Origin: Pyrinomonadaceae bacterium
GTDB taxonomy: Bacteria; Acidobacteriota; Blastocatellia; Pyrinomonadales; Pyrinomonadaceae
Reading direction: 5' to 3'
Assembly: GCA_035627975.1 (NCBI GenBank)
Contig: DASPKR010000545.1
Coordinates: forward strand, 1 to 27,108
Length of the DNA: 27,108 nt
Shown here piece after piece: positions 16,801 through 25,222 of the stretch (positions are counted from its first letter, which is position 1; each line of letters opens with the position of its first letter). The position numbers and the translations under genes are program-made. The notes beneath the pieces were generated by a model, which saw nothing but the letters and a program-made list of their open reading frames with translations, made no database searches and had not been told where the DNA came from.

Positions 16801-16880
16801 GCCGTCGTCCCGCGCTCGAACGCGAACGCGCCGCGCTCGTACGACTTGATGTTCTCAAGCTCTACCCTTGTGACGTGCAT
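13818..16880 (-). CDS. sbcC: SbcC/Rad50-like SMC-family ATPase
   Basis: 1020 aa. Walker A GPNGAGKTT, Q-loop GVPQG, long coiled coils, central CPILHETC at about residues 516-523, signature LSGGEQ, Walker B FFDEP, D-loop NMD, H-loop ISH. No hinge domain. Confidence 0.85.
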   Translation of the reverse strand: MHVTRVELENIKSYERGAFAFERGTTAIVGPNGAGKTTILEAVAWALFDVLDYSKDDFLRRGAKRGTVRVTFQNDLDERLYVVYRDTGTGYYVYDPELKMKLASGKADVRKWLDLHLGIEPGTDLKALFRSAIGVPQGLFTSDFLQTPTDRKKSFDRLLKVEEYRESAERLRDTVSLINERITEARVRIGGAEAQLARYDDAAAEHESAARRVEELTAALGSLRAEAESRLLVVAALEEAERRAAEAHARAVRLEVERESAERRLGDLSAELEAARAAGERQRTTRDGYEKFIEATERLRSLEAERAERELLRAEAAEVARTLAAAEADARRLGDALARAESAREALAGLEGDLAAQEESERERERLRDLLAEARAARERLTRLDRELESLRRQHTETRERVRAAEALAGAQGEAERLESERMGVETRLSKVEKALTSRKHLTRERREAEREIERLRRGLASLEREAREYEQAAARAGHLAELESRERELSDRAARLREAIARDERASERARGGVCPILHETCKNLAEEGRTFEDHFGEQIKAGRASLSQVEREQTAAARELRQARDAEKTAARFETTRARLAHDRELLREREAALAAIDEEMAALSADADEKLQDELQSQIIGIDDLLRRAREGALRYAELEPLRARLEEITEEGRARRDEREQVAAIAGGEESLAADAEAVERRLRELGDPRGRAAALRTEAGRAEELRLESEEALKAVAALREQSAALDARLARFARLDAEWAGAASLRDSSADAYREHLECASLASTLPARQAAARDAEEEAARAARAAARAREEHERAAAAYDRDRHASEAAALALAREEAAKTSAQLEAAREREGALRAELARLEEVRETMREELRERERLEELSQTTEFIRDTLRKAGPLVTESYLYNISIEANHLFREITGEGGRALRWTRDYEIMLEEGGHERPFVNLSGGEQMVAALSVRLALLKQLSDIRVAFFDEPTVNMDAERRERLAQQIGQVRDFDQLFVISHDDTFEQSVDHVVAVTREAQEVA

Positions 16881-16886
16881 GGGAAA

Positions 16887-16980
16887 AGTAGCCGGTAGTC
16901 AGTAGCCGGCAGGAAGACGGCGGCCGCACCGCGGAGCCCGCCATCTGCTGACTACCGGCTACTGTCTCCTGACTACTGCT
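16887..16980. repeat. Heptamer-tandem inverted-repeat element upstream of sbcC
   Basis: AGTAGCCGGTAGTCAG (16887-16902) / CTGACTACCGGCTACT (16948-16963) is a perfect 16-bp IR within degenerate 7-nt units (CTACTGA, CTACCGG), with an inner hairpin GACGGCGG/CCGCCATC. Fills the 16881-16986 intergenic region. Confidence 0.85.
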
Positions 16981-16986
16981 TTCTTG

Positions 16987-18630
16987 TCAAAGGTCTTCGA
17001 TTTTTAGCTGGGTGTCTGCGCCCTTCCATGCGCGCTCGAACTCGCGGCGGACGAGGTCTGCTTCCCGCGCTTTACCTTGAGCCTTGAGGCTCTCCGAGAG
17101 GCCGAAGAGCGAGCGGCCGTTGCGGCGGTTGCGCCGGAGGTCTTCGCGGAAGACGGCCTCGGCCTCGGCGAACTGCTTGTCGAGCATGAGCGCGCCGCCC
17201 AGGCTTTCGCGCGAGAGCGGGTGATACCAGCCGGGCGGCTCGTCGTAGGCGAGCGCGTCCTCGGCGGCGACGGCCTGGCGCAGGAAGTTGATGGCAGCCT
17301 TCCGGTCGCCGCGCGCGGAGGCGATGCGCGCGTTCAGGAAGTGCTCGGCGATCTTCAGCACGTCTCTCGTCCTGTTCTGCCCGTAGGAGTCCTCGGGCGG
17401 GACGGCCTGCGCTTTCGCGACCAAGTTCCTGAGGTCGGCTTCGGCCTCGGCGGTCTTGCCCGTGGCGACGTGCGCCATGCCGCGCGCCCAGTGCCAGAGG
17501 GCGTTGGTGGCCTGCATCGTGGCCGGCGGCTCCGTCGTCTTCAGAATCTCGTCCCACCGGCCGAAGCGCGCCGCGATGAGAGAGCGCGTCGGCATGAAGC
17601 TCTCGAAGAAGGGCATCTCCTTCAGGTACGGCTCGACGTTCTGTTCGAGCCTACGGGCGGCGGCGACCGCGGCGGCGTAGCGCCCCCGCATGCTCTCGGC
17701 GGCGGCGAGGAAGTGCAGGTTGTGGCTGTAGTACGCGGCCGAGTATATGCCGCGAAGGCCGCCCCGCGACAGATATTCCTCGTCAACCTTCGCCGCCCAC
17801 TCGTTGCTCTTGGCGGCGCGCTCGTAGTCGCCCGTGCGCATGTATATGTGCGCGGGCATGTGGACGAGATGACCGGAGGCGGGCGAGAGCGCCGTGAGGC
17901 GGTCGGCGCTCAGGAGCGCGCGCTCGGGCGCGTGCGAAGCCTCGACGGCGTGGATGTAGAGGTGGTGCGCGCCTATGTGCTCGGGGTCGCGACGGAGGAC
18001 TGATTCGAGGGTGGCGATGACCTCCTCGGTGCCTTCGGCGGCCGAGCCGTCGGGCTTAAAGAGCCGCCACGCGTTCAGGATCATCGCCGCGTCGGCGTAG
18101 AGCGTCGCGGCCTCCGTGTCGTCCGGGTAGCGGCGCGCGAGCTCGCCCATCGCGTCCCTGTAGGCGACCCAGAGCTTCCTCTGGTCGGCACCCGCGTCGG
18201 CGGAGAATCGCTTCGAGAGGGCCTCGAGGTAGGCGCGCTCGTGCTCGGGGCCGCCGGCGGCGAGCGCTAATCCTTTTTGCACGGCTTCGTGCGCGGCCTT
18301 CAGGCGCTCGGGCGGGATCGAAGTCTGGTTGTAGTTCGGCCCGAGCGCGAGGGCCAGGCCCCAGTGCGCCATCGCCATGCGCGGGTCTAGCTCGGCGGCT
18401 CGCCGGAAGGCGCGCGCGGCCTCCGCGTGGTTGAAGCCGTAAACGAGTATCAGGCCCTGGTCGAAGAACTTCTGCGCCTCGGCGCTCGAAGTCCTGACCG
18501 GCAGGTGGAAGCTGCCCAAGTCCGGCATGAGCGCGGCGGGCGCTTCCGGGCTGCGCGCCGGCGCGTGGTGCTGCGCCGAGGCCGAGGCCGTGCATAGAAG
18601 CAGAGCGAGGGCGAGCAGGGGAACTCTCAT
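16987..18630 (-). CDS. Secreted tetratricopeptide-repeat protein
   Basis: About 547 aa. Signal peptide; TPR-like helices ([29 protein letters not shown]; [19 protein letters not shown]; [21 protein letters not shown]). SD AAGGAGG at 18638-18644 favours ATG 18630 over GTG 18633. Confidence 0.82.
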   Translation of the reverse strand: MRVPLLALALLLCTASASAQHHAPARSPEAPAALMPDLGSFHLPVRTSSAEAQKFFDQGLILVYGFNHAEAARAFRRAAELDPRMAMAHWGLALALGPNYNQTSIPPERLKAAHEAVQKGLALAAGGPEHERAYLEALSKRFSADAGADQRKLWVAYRDAMGELARRYPDDTEAATLYADAAMILNAWRLFKPDGSAAEGTEEVIATLESVLRRDPEHIGAHHLYIHAVEASHAPERALLSADRLTALSPASGHLVHMPAHIYMRTGDYERAAKSNEWAAKVDEEYLSRGGLRGIYSAAYYSHNLHFLAAAESMRGRYAAAVAAARRLEQNVEPYLKEMPFFESFMPTRSLIAARFGRWDEILKTTEPPATMQATNALWHWARGMAHVATGKTAEAEADLRNLVAKAQAVPPEDSYGQNRTRDVLKIAEHFLNARIASARGDRKAAINFLRQAVAAEDALAYDEPPGWYHPLSRESLGGALMLDKQFAEAEAVFREDLRRNRRNGRSLFGLSESLKAQGKAREADLVRREFERAWKGADTQLKIEDL

Positions 18631-18696
18631 CACAAACCCTCCTTTAAGAATTTAGACTTTCGCGTTGCGTCGTCCGCAGCGAGGCGCGGCCCGAGC

Positions 18697-19344
18697 TCAC
18701 GCCAGCTCTTCGTGCTCGAACAGCGCGAAGTCCGTGACGAGGCTCATGACGGCGCCGCTGTCGTCGCGGCCGAGGTAAGAAGCGTAGAGGCCGTCGCCCA
18801 TGCCGGTCGAGAACACGATCATGTTAAGGCCCGTCGCCGGGTCGAATTCGACGCTCGCCCAAGACCACGTGTCAACGTAAGTCTCGTCGAGCAGGTCGCC
18901 GACGCGGTCGAAGAACTCCTCGTCGGCTTCGATCGCGTCGAGGTAGCGCGCTGCGGCCTCCTCGTCCGCGAAGCAGCCCGTCGCGGAGTCCACCGCGTAG
19001 CCGAAGACTTCGCCCTCGCCAAGCTCCGACACGTCCTGCCCCGGCAGCAGCGCCATCTCCCACTTTGTCGCCGCCCCCTCGCCAACCTTCAGCATCGCGC
19101 CCGCGACCCTCTGGTCGCCGTCCTCGAAGTGCGCGACGCTCAGGACGACCGGGTATCTCCCCGGCGGCAGCGCCTCCGCGAAGGCTTCCGTCTCCGGCGA
19201 GGTGGCCGGGTCGAACGCCGCCACGCGCCCCGTAGTCAACACCAACTCGCCCGCCGCGTGAACCTTCAGCGTCACCCTCCCGAAGTCGGCCGACTCCACG
19301 ACCCTTCCGTCCTCAAACAGCTTCGAGAAATCCGGGGGCGACAT
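18697..19344 (-). CDS. DUF4241-like acidic protein
   Basis: 215 aa. [46 protein letters not shown] resemble DUF4241 as I recall the family; not verified by a search. Confidence 0.7.
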   Translation of the reverse strand: MSPPDFSKLFEDGRVVESADFGRVTLKVHAAGELVLTTGRVAAFDPATSPETEAFAEALPPGRYPVVLSVAHFEDGDQRVAGAMLKVGEGAATKWEMALLPGQDVSELGEGEVFGYAVDSATGCFADEEAAARYLDAIEADEEFFDRVGDLLDETYVDTWSWASVEFDPATGLNMIVFSTGMGDGLYASYLGRDDSGAVMSLVTDFALFEHEELA

Positions 19345-19350
19345 GGGGCG

Positions 19351-21150
19351 CTACTCGTTGACCTTCAGCACCGCGAGGAAGGCTTCCTGCGGAATTTCGA
19401 CGCGGCCGACGCGCTTCATGCGGCGCTTGCCCTCCTTCTGCTTCTCCAGGAGCTTGCGCTTGCGCGTGATGTCGCCGCCGTAGCACTTGGCGAGGACGTT
19501 CTTGCCCAGGGCCTTCACGGTCTCGCGGGCGATGACCTTGTTGCCGATGGCGGCCTGTATCGGCACCTCGAAGAGCTGGCGGGGGATTAGCTGCCGCATC
19601 TTCTCCGCCAGCTGCCGGCCGCGCGCCTGCGATGCCTGCCGGTGGACGATAATGGAGAGCGCGTCAACGGGCTCGCCCGCGACCATGAGGTCTAACTTGA
19701 CGAGGTCGCTCTCACGATACCCGGCGAGGTGGTAATCGAGCGACGCGTAGCCGCGCGAGACCGATTTAAGGCGGTCGTAGAAGTCGAGCACTATCTCGTT
19801 TAAGGGCAGGTCATAGACGAGCATCACGCGCTTCTCGGCGATGTACTCGAACTTCTTCTGCACGCCGCGCTTCTCTTCGAGCAAGGGGAGTATGCCGCCG
19901 AGGAATTCGTCGGTGGTGAGGATGGTCGCCTCGATTATCGGCTCCTCTATCTTCGAGATGCGCACCGCGTCGGGCATCTTAGCGGGCGAGTCAACCTCTA
20001 TCGTCTCGCCGTCGGTGGTCGTCACGCGGTAGCGGACGCCCGGCGCCGTCGTTATTAAGTCCAGGTCGAACTCGCGCTCCAGCCTCTCCTGCACTATCTC
20101 CATGTGGAGCAGGCCGAGGAAGCCGCAGCGGAAGCCGAAGCCGAGCGCGGCCGAAGACTCCGGCTCGTAGAAGAAGGAGGCGTCGTTGAGGCGCAGCTTG
20201 TCTAAGGCGTCTCTCAGCTCCTCGTACTGGTTGGCCTCGACGGGGTAGAGCCCCGCGAAGACCATCGGCTTGATCTCCTGGAAGCCGGGGAAGGGCTCCT
20301 TCGTGGGGCGCGCGGCCTCTGTGATGGTGTCGCCTATCTGCACGTCCGCGACGGTCTTGATGGACGCCGTGAGGAAGCCGACCTCGCCGACCGAGAGAGA
20401 GTCAAGCGGCGTCGGGCGCGGGCGGTTCACGCCGACGGACTCGACCTGGTAGTCGCGCCCCGTGTTGAAGAAACGAATCTTCATGCCGGGCTTGATCGAG
20501 CCGTCAATGATGCGGAATAGGACGATGACGCCGCGGTAGGAGTCGTACCACGAGTCGAATATGAGCGCCTTCAGGGGCGCGTCCGCGGAGCCATTCGGCG
20601 CGGGGATGTCGCGCACGACCGCTTCGAGTATCTCGGGGACGCCCTCGCCCGTCTTGGCCGATGCGAGCACGGCGTTGTGTGTGTCGAGCCCGATGACGTG
20701 CTCAATCTGCTCCTTCACCTTGTCGGGCTCGGCGCCGGGCAGGTCAATCTTATTTATGACTGGGATTAGCTCAAGGTTCTCGCCGATGGCGAGGTAGGTG
20801 TTCGCGAGCGTCTGCGCCTCGACGCCCTGCGAGGCGTCAACTATTAGGAGCGCGCCCTCGCAGGCCGACAGGCTTCGCGAGACTTCGTAGGAGAAGTCAA
20901 CGTGGCCGGGCGTGTCTATGAGGTTCAGGACGTACTGCCTGCCGTCGCGCGCCTGGTAGTCGAGCCGGACGGCGTGCGCCTTGATGGTTATGCCGCGCTC
21001 GCGCTCCAAGTCCATGTCGTCGAGGACTTGGGCCTCCATCTCGCGCTCCGACAGAGCCCCGGTCAACTCCAGCAGCCGGTCGGCTAGCGTGGACTTGCCG
21101 TGGTCAATGTGCGCGATGATCGAAAAATTTCTAATTAGCTCGGGCTTCAT
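19351..21150 (-). CDS. lepA: Translation elongation factor 4 (LepA)
   Basis: 599 aa. [80 protein letters not shown]. Confidence 0.99.
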   Translation of the reverse strand: MKPELIRNFSIIAHIDHGKSTLADRLLELTGALSEREMEAQVLDDMDLERERGITIKAHAVRLDYQARDGRQYVLNLIDTPGHVDFSYEVSRSLSACEGALLIVDASQGVEAQTLANTYLAIGENLELIPVINKIDLPGAEPDKVKEQIEHVIGLDTHNAVLASAKTGEGVPEILEAVVRDIPAPNGSADAPLKALIFDSWYDSYRGVIVLFRIIDGSIKPGMKIRFFNTGRDYQVESVGVNRPRPTPLDSLSVGEVGFLTASIKTVADVQIGDTITEAARPTKEPFPGFQEIKPMVFAGLYPVEANQYEELRDALDKLRLNDASFFYEPESSAALGFGFRCGFLGLLHMEIVQERLEREFDLDLITTAPGVRYRVTTTDGETIEVDSPAKMPDAVRISKIEEPIIEATILTTDEFLGGILPLLEEKRGVQKKFEYIAEKRVMLVYDLPLNEIVLDFYDRLKSVSRGYASLDYHLAGYRESDLVKLDLMVAGEPVDALSIIVHRQASQARGRQLAEKMRQLIPRQLFEVPIQAAIGNKVIARETVKALGKNVLAKCYGGDITRKRKLLEKQKEGKRRMKRVGRVEIPQEAFLAVLKVNE

Positions 21151-21228
21151 TTTTAAGCTATCAGCGGTCGGCTTTCAGCTTTTTGTCTCTAGCTGACTGC
21201 CGACCGCTTTATTGCTGAAAGCTTAAAA
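21151..21228. repeat. Heptamer-tandem inverted-repeat element abutting the lepA start codon
   Basis: TTTTAAGCT-ATCAGC-GGTCGGC-TT-TCAGCT ... AGCTGA-CT-GCCGACC-GCT...GCTGA-A-AGCTTAAAA; 7-nt units GCTATCA/GCGGTCG/GCTTTCA. Confidence 0.8.
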
Positions 21229-21266
21229 TAACAAAACGGGCGGGAAACCGCACGCTGCCGCCGATT

Positions 21267-22445
21267 TCACTTGCCGAGGGCGGGCTGGTAGCTGCCCTCT
21301 GGGCGGGCGGCGGCGCGGGGTGTCGTCTGGGCGGGCTGCCCGGCGGCGCGCAGGGGGATTTCGATTGTGACGAGGGTGCCGCCGCGCGGGTCGTCGGCCA
21401 TCTCGAAGTTGTAGTCGGCGCCGTAAAGCTGTTCGAGCCGCGCGCGCGTGTTCGCGAGGCCGACGCCCGTCTGCGAAGCCTTGCCGGCCCGCGCGCCCGC
21501 CGTCAGGCCCGGCCCGTCGTCCCTCACCTGAAGGCTTAAGACTGCGCCGCGCCGCTCGGCCTTTATCTCCACGCGGCCGGGCGCGGAGCGCGTGGCGATG
21601 CCGTGGCGTATCGCGTTCTCGACGATGGGCTGGAGGATGAGGTTGGGGACGCGGCAGTTAAGCGCGAGCGGGTCAACGTCTATGCTTGTGGTCAGCCTAT
21701 CGCAGAAGCGTATGCGCTCGATGCCGAGGTAACATTCGAGGAACTCGAGTTCCTGCCTGAGCGGCACCTCCTGCGCGGCGGCCGTATCGAGCGTCAGGCG
21801 CAGGAAGTCACCGAGCCGCGCGATCATTCGGTCGGCCGCACCGGGGTCTTTGTGCACCAGGGCCGAGATGGAGTGCAGCGCGTTGAAGAGGAAGTGCGGG
21901 TGTAGCTGCATCTTCAGGGCCTGCAACTGCGCCTGCGACGCGCGCAGCTCGCCCTCTCGGTAGCGCTGGTGGTAGTCGAGGGCGTGGCTCACGAGGACGA
22001 CGATGCAATAGACAAGGAGCTGCTTGTCGAAGTTAGCGAACACCAGCCGCGCGAGGTTCGACGGCGTGAGCGTGCTCAGGTTCCCCGAGAACCACAGGTC
22101 GAGCGTGACGTGGCACGCGGCCCACGCGGCCGCGATGGTTGTGCCGGCGGCGAAGTGGACGAGCAGCCGCCGCCGCCAGTTGTTGCGCTCGACGCGGAAG
22201 CGGCGCGCGAGCCACAGCACCAGCGGGGTGCCGGCCGCGAACACCCACGAGGCCAGAACCTGCCACGCTATCGCGCGCGTGAGAGGCACGGGCTTCTGCG
22301 TGCGTATGAAGTAGAAGTAAATCTGGCTCGAGAAGAAGAGCCCCACGAGCGTCCACAGGCCCCAGATGAAACCGAGCCGTGCCGCCCCGTGCCGCCAGTC
22401 CCCGCCGCCGCTTCTTACGGCGGCCCTTTCGTCGAGCTCGAACAT
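21267..22445 (-). CDS. LytS/YehU-family membrane sensor histidine kinase
   Basis: 392 aa. N-terminal TM helices; LQALKMQLHPHFLFNALHSI; VPLRQELEFLECYL.IE.IRF; N-box QPIVENAIRHG; DDGPG; GVGLANTRARL. Confidence 0.93.
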   Translation of the reverse strand: MFELDERAAVRSGGGDWRHGAARLGFIWGLWTLVGLFFSSQIYFYFIRTQKPVPLTRAIAWQVLASWVFAAGTPLVLWLARRFRVERNNWRRRLLVHFAAGTTIAAAWAACHVTLDLWFSGNLSTLTPSNLARLVFANFDKQLLVYCIVVLVSHALDYHQRYREGELRASQAQLQALKMQLHPHFLFNALHSISALVHKDPGAADRMIARLGDFLRLTLDTAAAQEVPLRQELEFLECYLGIERIRFCDRLTTSIDVDPLALNCRVPNLILQPIVENAIRHGIATRSAPGRVEIKAERRGAVLSLQVRDDGPGLTAGARAGKASQTGVGLANTRARLEQLYGADYNFEMADDPRGGTLVTIEIPLRAAGQPAQTTPRAAARPEGSYQPALGK

Positions 22446-22596
22446 AGCGGCCCAATAATCTCAACAACGCACGCCTAAGACAAGGCGCGCCACGGCCGCA
22501 CGTAAAAAACAGGGCGGCGCCGTGGATTAACGTACTTCTTTTTGGAATTCTGCGCGATTACGGGGTGTCGGAGGGGCGATTTGGTGCGCTGCTCGC

Positions 22597-22821
22597 TCAC
22601 ATGCCGAGCACGCTGCTCAGGGCCTCCCAGACGCGGCGGGCCTCTTCGCCGTGTACGACCACTTCATTCGTGCCGGGGCGCCCCTGCGCGGGAGGGTTCG
22701 TGTCGAAGATGATGCTCAAGACCTCATGCCCCTCCGCGTCCTGGTAGGCCACGTACTGAATCCTGTCTATGTTGACCAGCAGCGTAGCCCCGTCCTCTCG
22801 CGTCGCGGTGATGAAAGGCAT
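22597..22821 (-). CDS. Small hypothetical protein (74 aa)
   Basis: Natural-looking composition; 19 nt downstream of the ROK gene on the same strand; fills the gap. Confidence 0.7.
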   Translation of the reverse strand: MPFITATREDGATLLVNIDRIQYVAYQDAEGHEVLSIIFDTNPPAQGRPGTNEVVVHGEEARRVWEALSSVLGM

Positions 22822-22840
22822 CGGGCTACTCCGTGGGCGC

Positions 22841-23794
22841 TCAGCGCGCGTCGCGGGCGAGGAGGGCGGCGCCGATGGGGACGGCGTCGGCGCCGAGGGA
22901 GGCGGCGAGTATCTGCGTGGACTCGAAGCAGGGCTGGAAGGAGCGGCGGCCCGCCTCGCGTATGATGGGGTTCAGGATAAGCTCGCCGGCGTCCATGACG
23001 CCGCCGCCGAGGACTACGCGCTCGATGTTGAGGAGGTTGATGACGGCGGCGACGGCCGTGCCGATGTAGCGGCCCGTGCGCTCAATCATCAGTAGCGCGA
23101 AGTCGTCGCCGCCCCTCGCCTCGTGCGCGATGTCGGCGGCGGTGAAGTTCTTCGTCAGGCCGAGGCGCGAGAGCGAAGAGGTCGAGTCGCGCAGCAGCCG
23201 CTCGTGCGTGCGTCGGACGATGTTCGGCGCCGACGCGACCGTTTCCAGACACCCGACGTTGCCGCACGCGCACTCGACGCCTTCGGGGTCAATCGTGATG
23301 TGGCCGAACTCGCCCGCGAAGCCGGAGGCGCCGCGCCACAGCCGCCCGTCGAGAATGATTGCGCCCCCTATCCCCGTCCCGATTGTGACGTAGAACATGT
23401 CGCGGCTGCCGCGCCCGGCGCCGACGGCGTGCTCGCCCACGGCGCCCGCGTTCGCGTCGTTGTCGAGCACGACGGGGAGGCCGGTCGCCTGCCTCAGCTC
23501 CTCGCGGAAGTCGCCGCGCACGACCGAGGGCAGGTCGGACGAGATGATGACGCGCCCCGTGCGCGGGTTGACGAGGCCGGGCAGGCCGACGCCCACGGCG
23601 GCCACGCCCGAGGGGGAAGCGTCGCGGAGCTGCGCGGCGGCGCGGGCGACCTGCTGCGAGACTTCGGATTCGGAGAGCGCGGCCTCGAAGCGCTCGAGGA
23701 CGCGGCCCGAGGCCGAGACGAGCGCGGCGCGCAGGGCCGTCCCCGAAAGCTCTACGCCGACGTAATGCTCTTCGTTTGGCGGCGCGGCGGTCAT
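22841..23794 (-). CDS. ROK-family sugar kinase (glucokinase-like), no HTH
   Basis: 317 aa. DNDANAGAVGE, GTGIGG, AGEFGH, Zn motif CACGNVGCLE, VLGGGV. The N-terminal motif is ELSGT rather than DxGGT. Confidence 0.92.
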   Translation of the reverse strand: MTAAPPNEEHYVGVELSGTALRAALVSASGRVLERFEAALSESEVSQQVARAAAQLRDASPSGVAAVGVGLPGLVNPRTGRVIISSDLPSVVRGDFREELRQATGLPVVLDNDANAGAVGEHAVGAGRGSRDMFYVTIGTGIGGAIILDGRLWRGASGFAGEFGHITIDPEGVECACGNVGCLETVASAPNIVRRTHERLLRDSTSSLSRLGLTKNFTAADIAHEARGGDDFALLMIERTGRYIGTAVAAVINLLNIERVVLGGGVMDAGELILNPIIREAGRRSFQPCFESTQILAASLGADAVPIGAALLARDAR

Positions 23795-23858
23795 CCGAGA
23801 AGCCCTTCCCTTGTCGAGTGATTTAAACGGTTAAGACGGCCGGCGAGAATTCGGCGCG

Positions 23859-23911
23859 ATGGTAACAAGAGGTTCGGGGGGCTGTCAAACAACACCCTCT
23901 GCGTGTAGAAT
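23859..23911. promoter_or_regulatory. Overlapping divergent sigma70-type promoters (ROK operon on -, USP operon on +)
   Basis: Minus: TTGACA (23888-23883), 18 nt, extended -10 TG-T-TACCAT (23867-23859). Plus: CTGTCA (23882-23887), 18 nt, TAGAAT (23906-23911). Confidence 0.6.
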
Positions 23912-23957
23912 GCAGCGCGGGGCGTTCGTCATCCCGCGCCCGTCCCCGCGGTCGCCT

Positions 23958-24419
23958 ATGCGAATCAGCACGATACTCCTGCCGACGGACTTCAGCGAGT
24001 GCGCGCGCCACGCCGTCCCGGCCGCGGCGCACCTCGCGCGGCTGCAGGGCGCGCGCGTCATCTGCCTGCACGTCGTCGAGCCCGTCGTGCCTTCGGTCGG
24101 GTGGACGCCGATAGCCGAGCCGCTCCCCGTCGCGGACATAAGCGAGCAGTTGGAGACTTCGGCGGCGAGCGAGCTGCCGAAGTTCGCCGGCTGCGAGGAG
24201 TTCGAGGGGCTCGACGTGGAAGACCTGATAGTGCACGGCGAGGCGTCGGCCGAGATAGTCAACGTCGCGCGCGCGCGCGGCGCCGACCTCATCGTCATCT
24301 CTTCGCACGGGCGCACGGGCCTGGGCCGCATAATCTTCGGCTCGACGGCAGAGTCGGTGGTCCGCCACGCGCCCTGCCCCGTGCTCGTCGTCAAGCCGCC
24401 GCACGGAAGTGATGAGTGA
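23958..24419 (+). CDS. Universal stress protein (single USP domain)
   Basis: 153 aa from ATG 23958. ILLPTDFSECA, LHVVEP, ADLIVISSHGRTGLGRIIFGSTAESVVRHAPCPVLVVK. Confidence 0.95.
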   Translation: MRISTILLPTDFSECARHAVPAAAHLARLQGARVICLHVVEPVVPSVGWTPIAEPLPVADISEQLETSAASELPKFAGCEEFEGLDVEDLIVHGEASAEIVNVARARGADLIVISSHGRTGLGRIIFGSTAESVVRHAPCPVLVVKPPHGSDE

Positions 24420-24489
24420 CGGGCGAAGGGTGACGAGTTAAAGCAAACTGCCTTGACCCGTCGCCCGTCGCCCCTCACTCATCACTCAT
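24408..24489. repeat. Heptamer-tandem inverted-repeat element between usp and dedA
   Basis: Left arm AGTGATG-AGTGACG-GGCGAAG-GGTGACG-AGT (24408-24438) matches right arm 24456-24486 at 27 of 31 positions; 17-nt loop. The left arm includes the USP stop codon. Confidence 0.88.
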
Positions 24490-24492
24490 TTT

Positions 24493-25218
24493 ATGGACTT
24501 ACAGTACGTCAACAACATTCTGGCGTCGTTCGGGCTGCCGGCCATCTTCGTTCTGACGATGCTGGAGGGCGACATAACGCTTCTGCTCGCGGGGGTTCTG
24601 GCGCACGGGCAGGCGTTCGGCGACTACAGCTTCGCGCAGGTGCTCGCGACGGGGACGCTCGGCGGCGTGGTGAGCGACAACGTCGCCTACTTCCTCGGCC
24701 GCGGCGCCCGCTCGGGCGTCAAGAAGTACCGCTTCTACTGCATGGCGCGCCCGCGCATCGAGCGGCTGACGGACAAGTTCGGGCCGCTCTCCATCTTCGT
24801 CTCGAAGTACACATACGGCCTGCGCTGGGGCGCGTGCGCCTTCTACGGCGTGGCGAAGATGCCCTACGGGCGCTTCCTGCTGCTCTCCTTCGCGAGCTGC
24901 TTCGTGTGGGTGCTGAGCCTGGCGGGCGTCGGCTACGTCTTCCACAGCGCCATCTACAACCTCATCGGCGACTTCAAGCACGTCGGCGTCGTGCTGCTCG
25001 TTATCATCGCCCTGGGCATAGCCGGCTTCTACTTCGCCGAGCGCTACTGGCTCTCGAAGAAGGTCGAGGAGGCAGACCCGGAGCGCATACACAAGCTCGA
25101 GCAGGCCGCCGGGGACAAACTCAACGAGATCAAAGAGGAGATACAGGAGATATTCCCCCACCCGCTCTCGCGCCACAAGGAGCCGCCCAAGCGCAAGGGC
25201 AAGGCGGAGGGGGACTAG
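24493..25218 (+). CDS. DedA-family (VTT domain) membrane protein
   Basis: 241 aa. LEGDITLLLAGVLA, GGVVSDNVAYFLGR, SIFVSKYTYGLR, YGRFLLLSFASCFVW; charged C-terminal tail. Confidence 0.93.
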   Translation: MDLQYVNNILASFGLPAIFVLTMLEGDITLLLAGVLAHGQAFGDYSFAQVLATGTLGGVVSDNVAYFLGRGARSGVKKYRFYCMARPRIERLTDKFGPLSIFVSKYTYGLRWGACAFYGVAKMPYGRFLLLSFASCFVWVLSLAGVGYVFHSAIYNLIGDFKHVGVVLLVIIALGIAGFYFAERYWLSKKVEEADPERIHKLEQAAGDKLNEIKEEIQEIFPHPLSRHKEPPKRKGKAEGD

Positions 25219-25222
25219 GAGA

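Noticed and set aside
13818-16880. ATPase as condensin SMC or a Wadjet/MksB defence component
   Set aside because: No hinge domain, a Cys apex motif instead, and no scpA/scpB or jetA/B/D-like neighbours.
22455-22483. Near-leaderless promoter for the kinase (TTGTCT-17-GATTAT on the minus strand)
   Set aside because: The -10 lacks the first T, so the match is too weak to call without TSS data.
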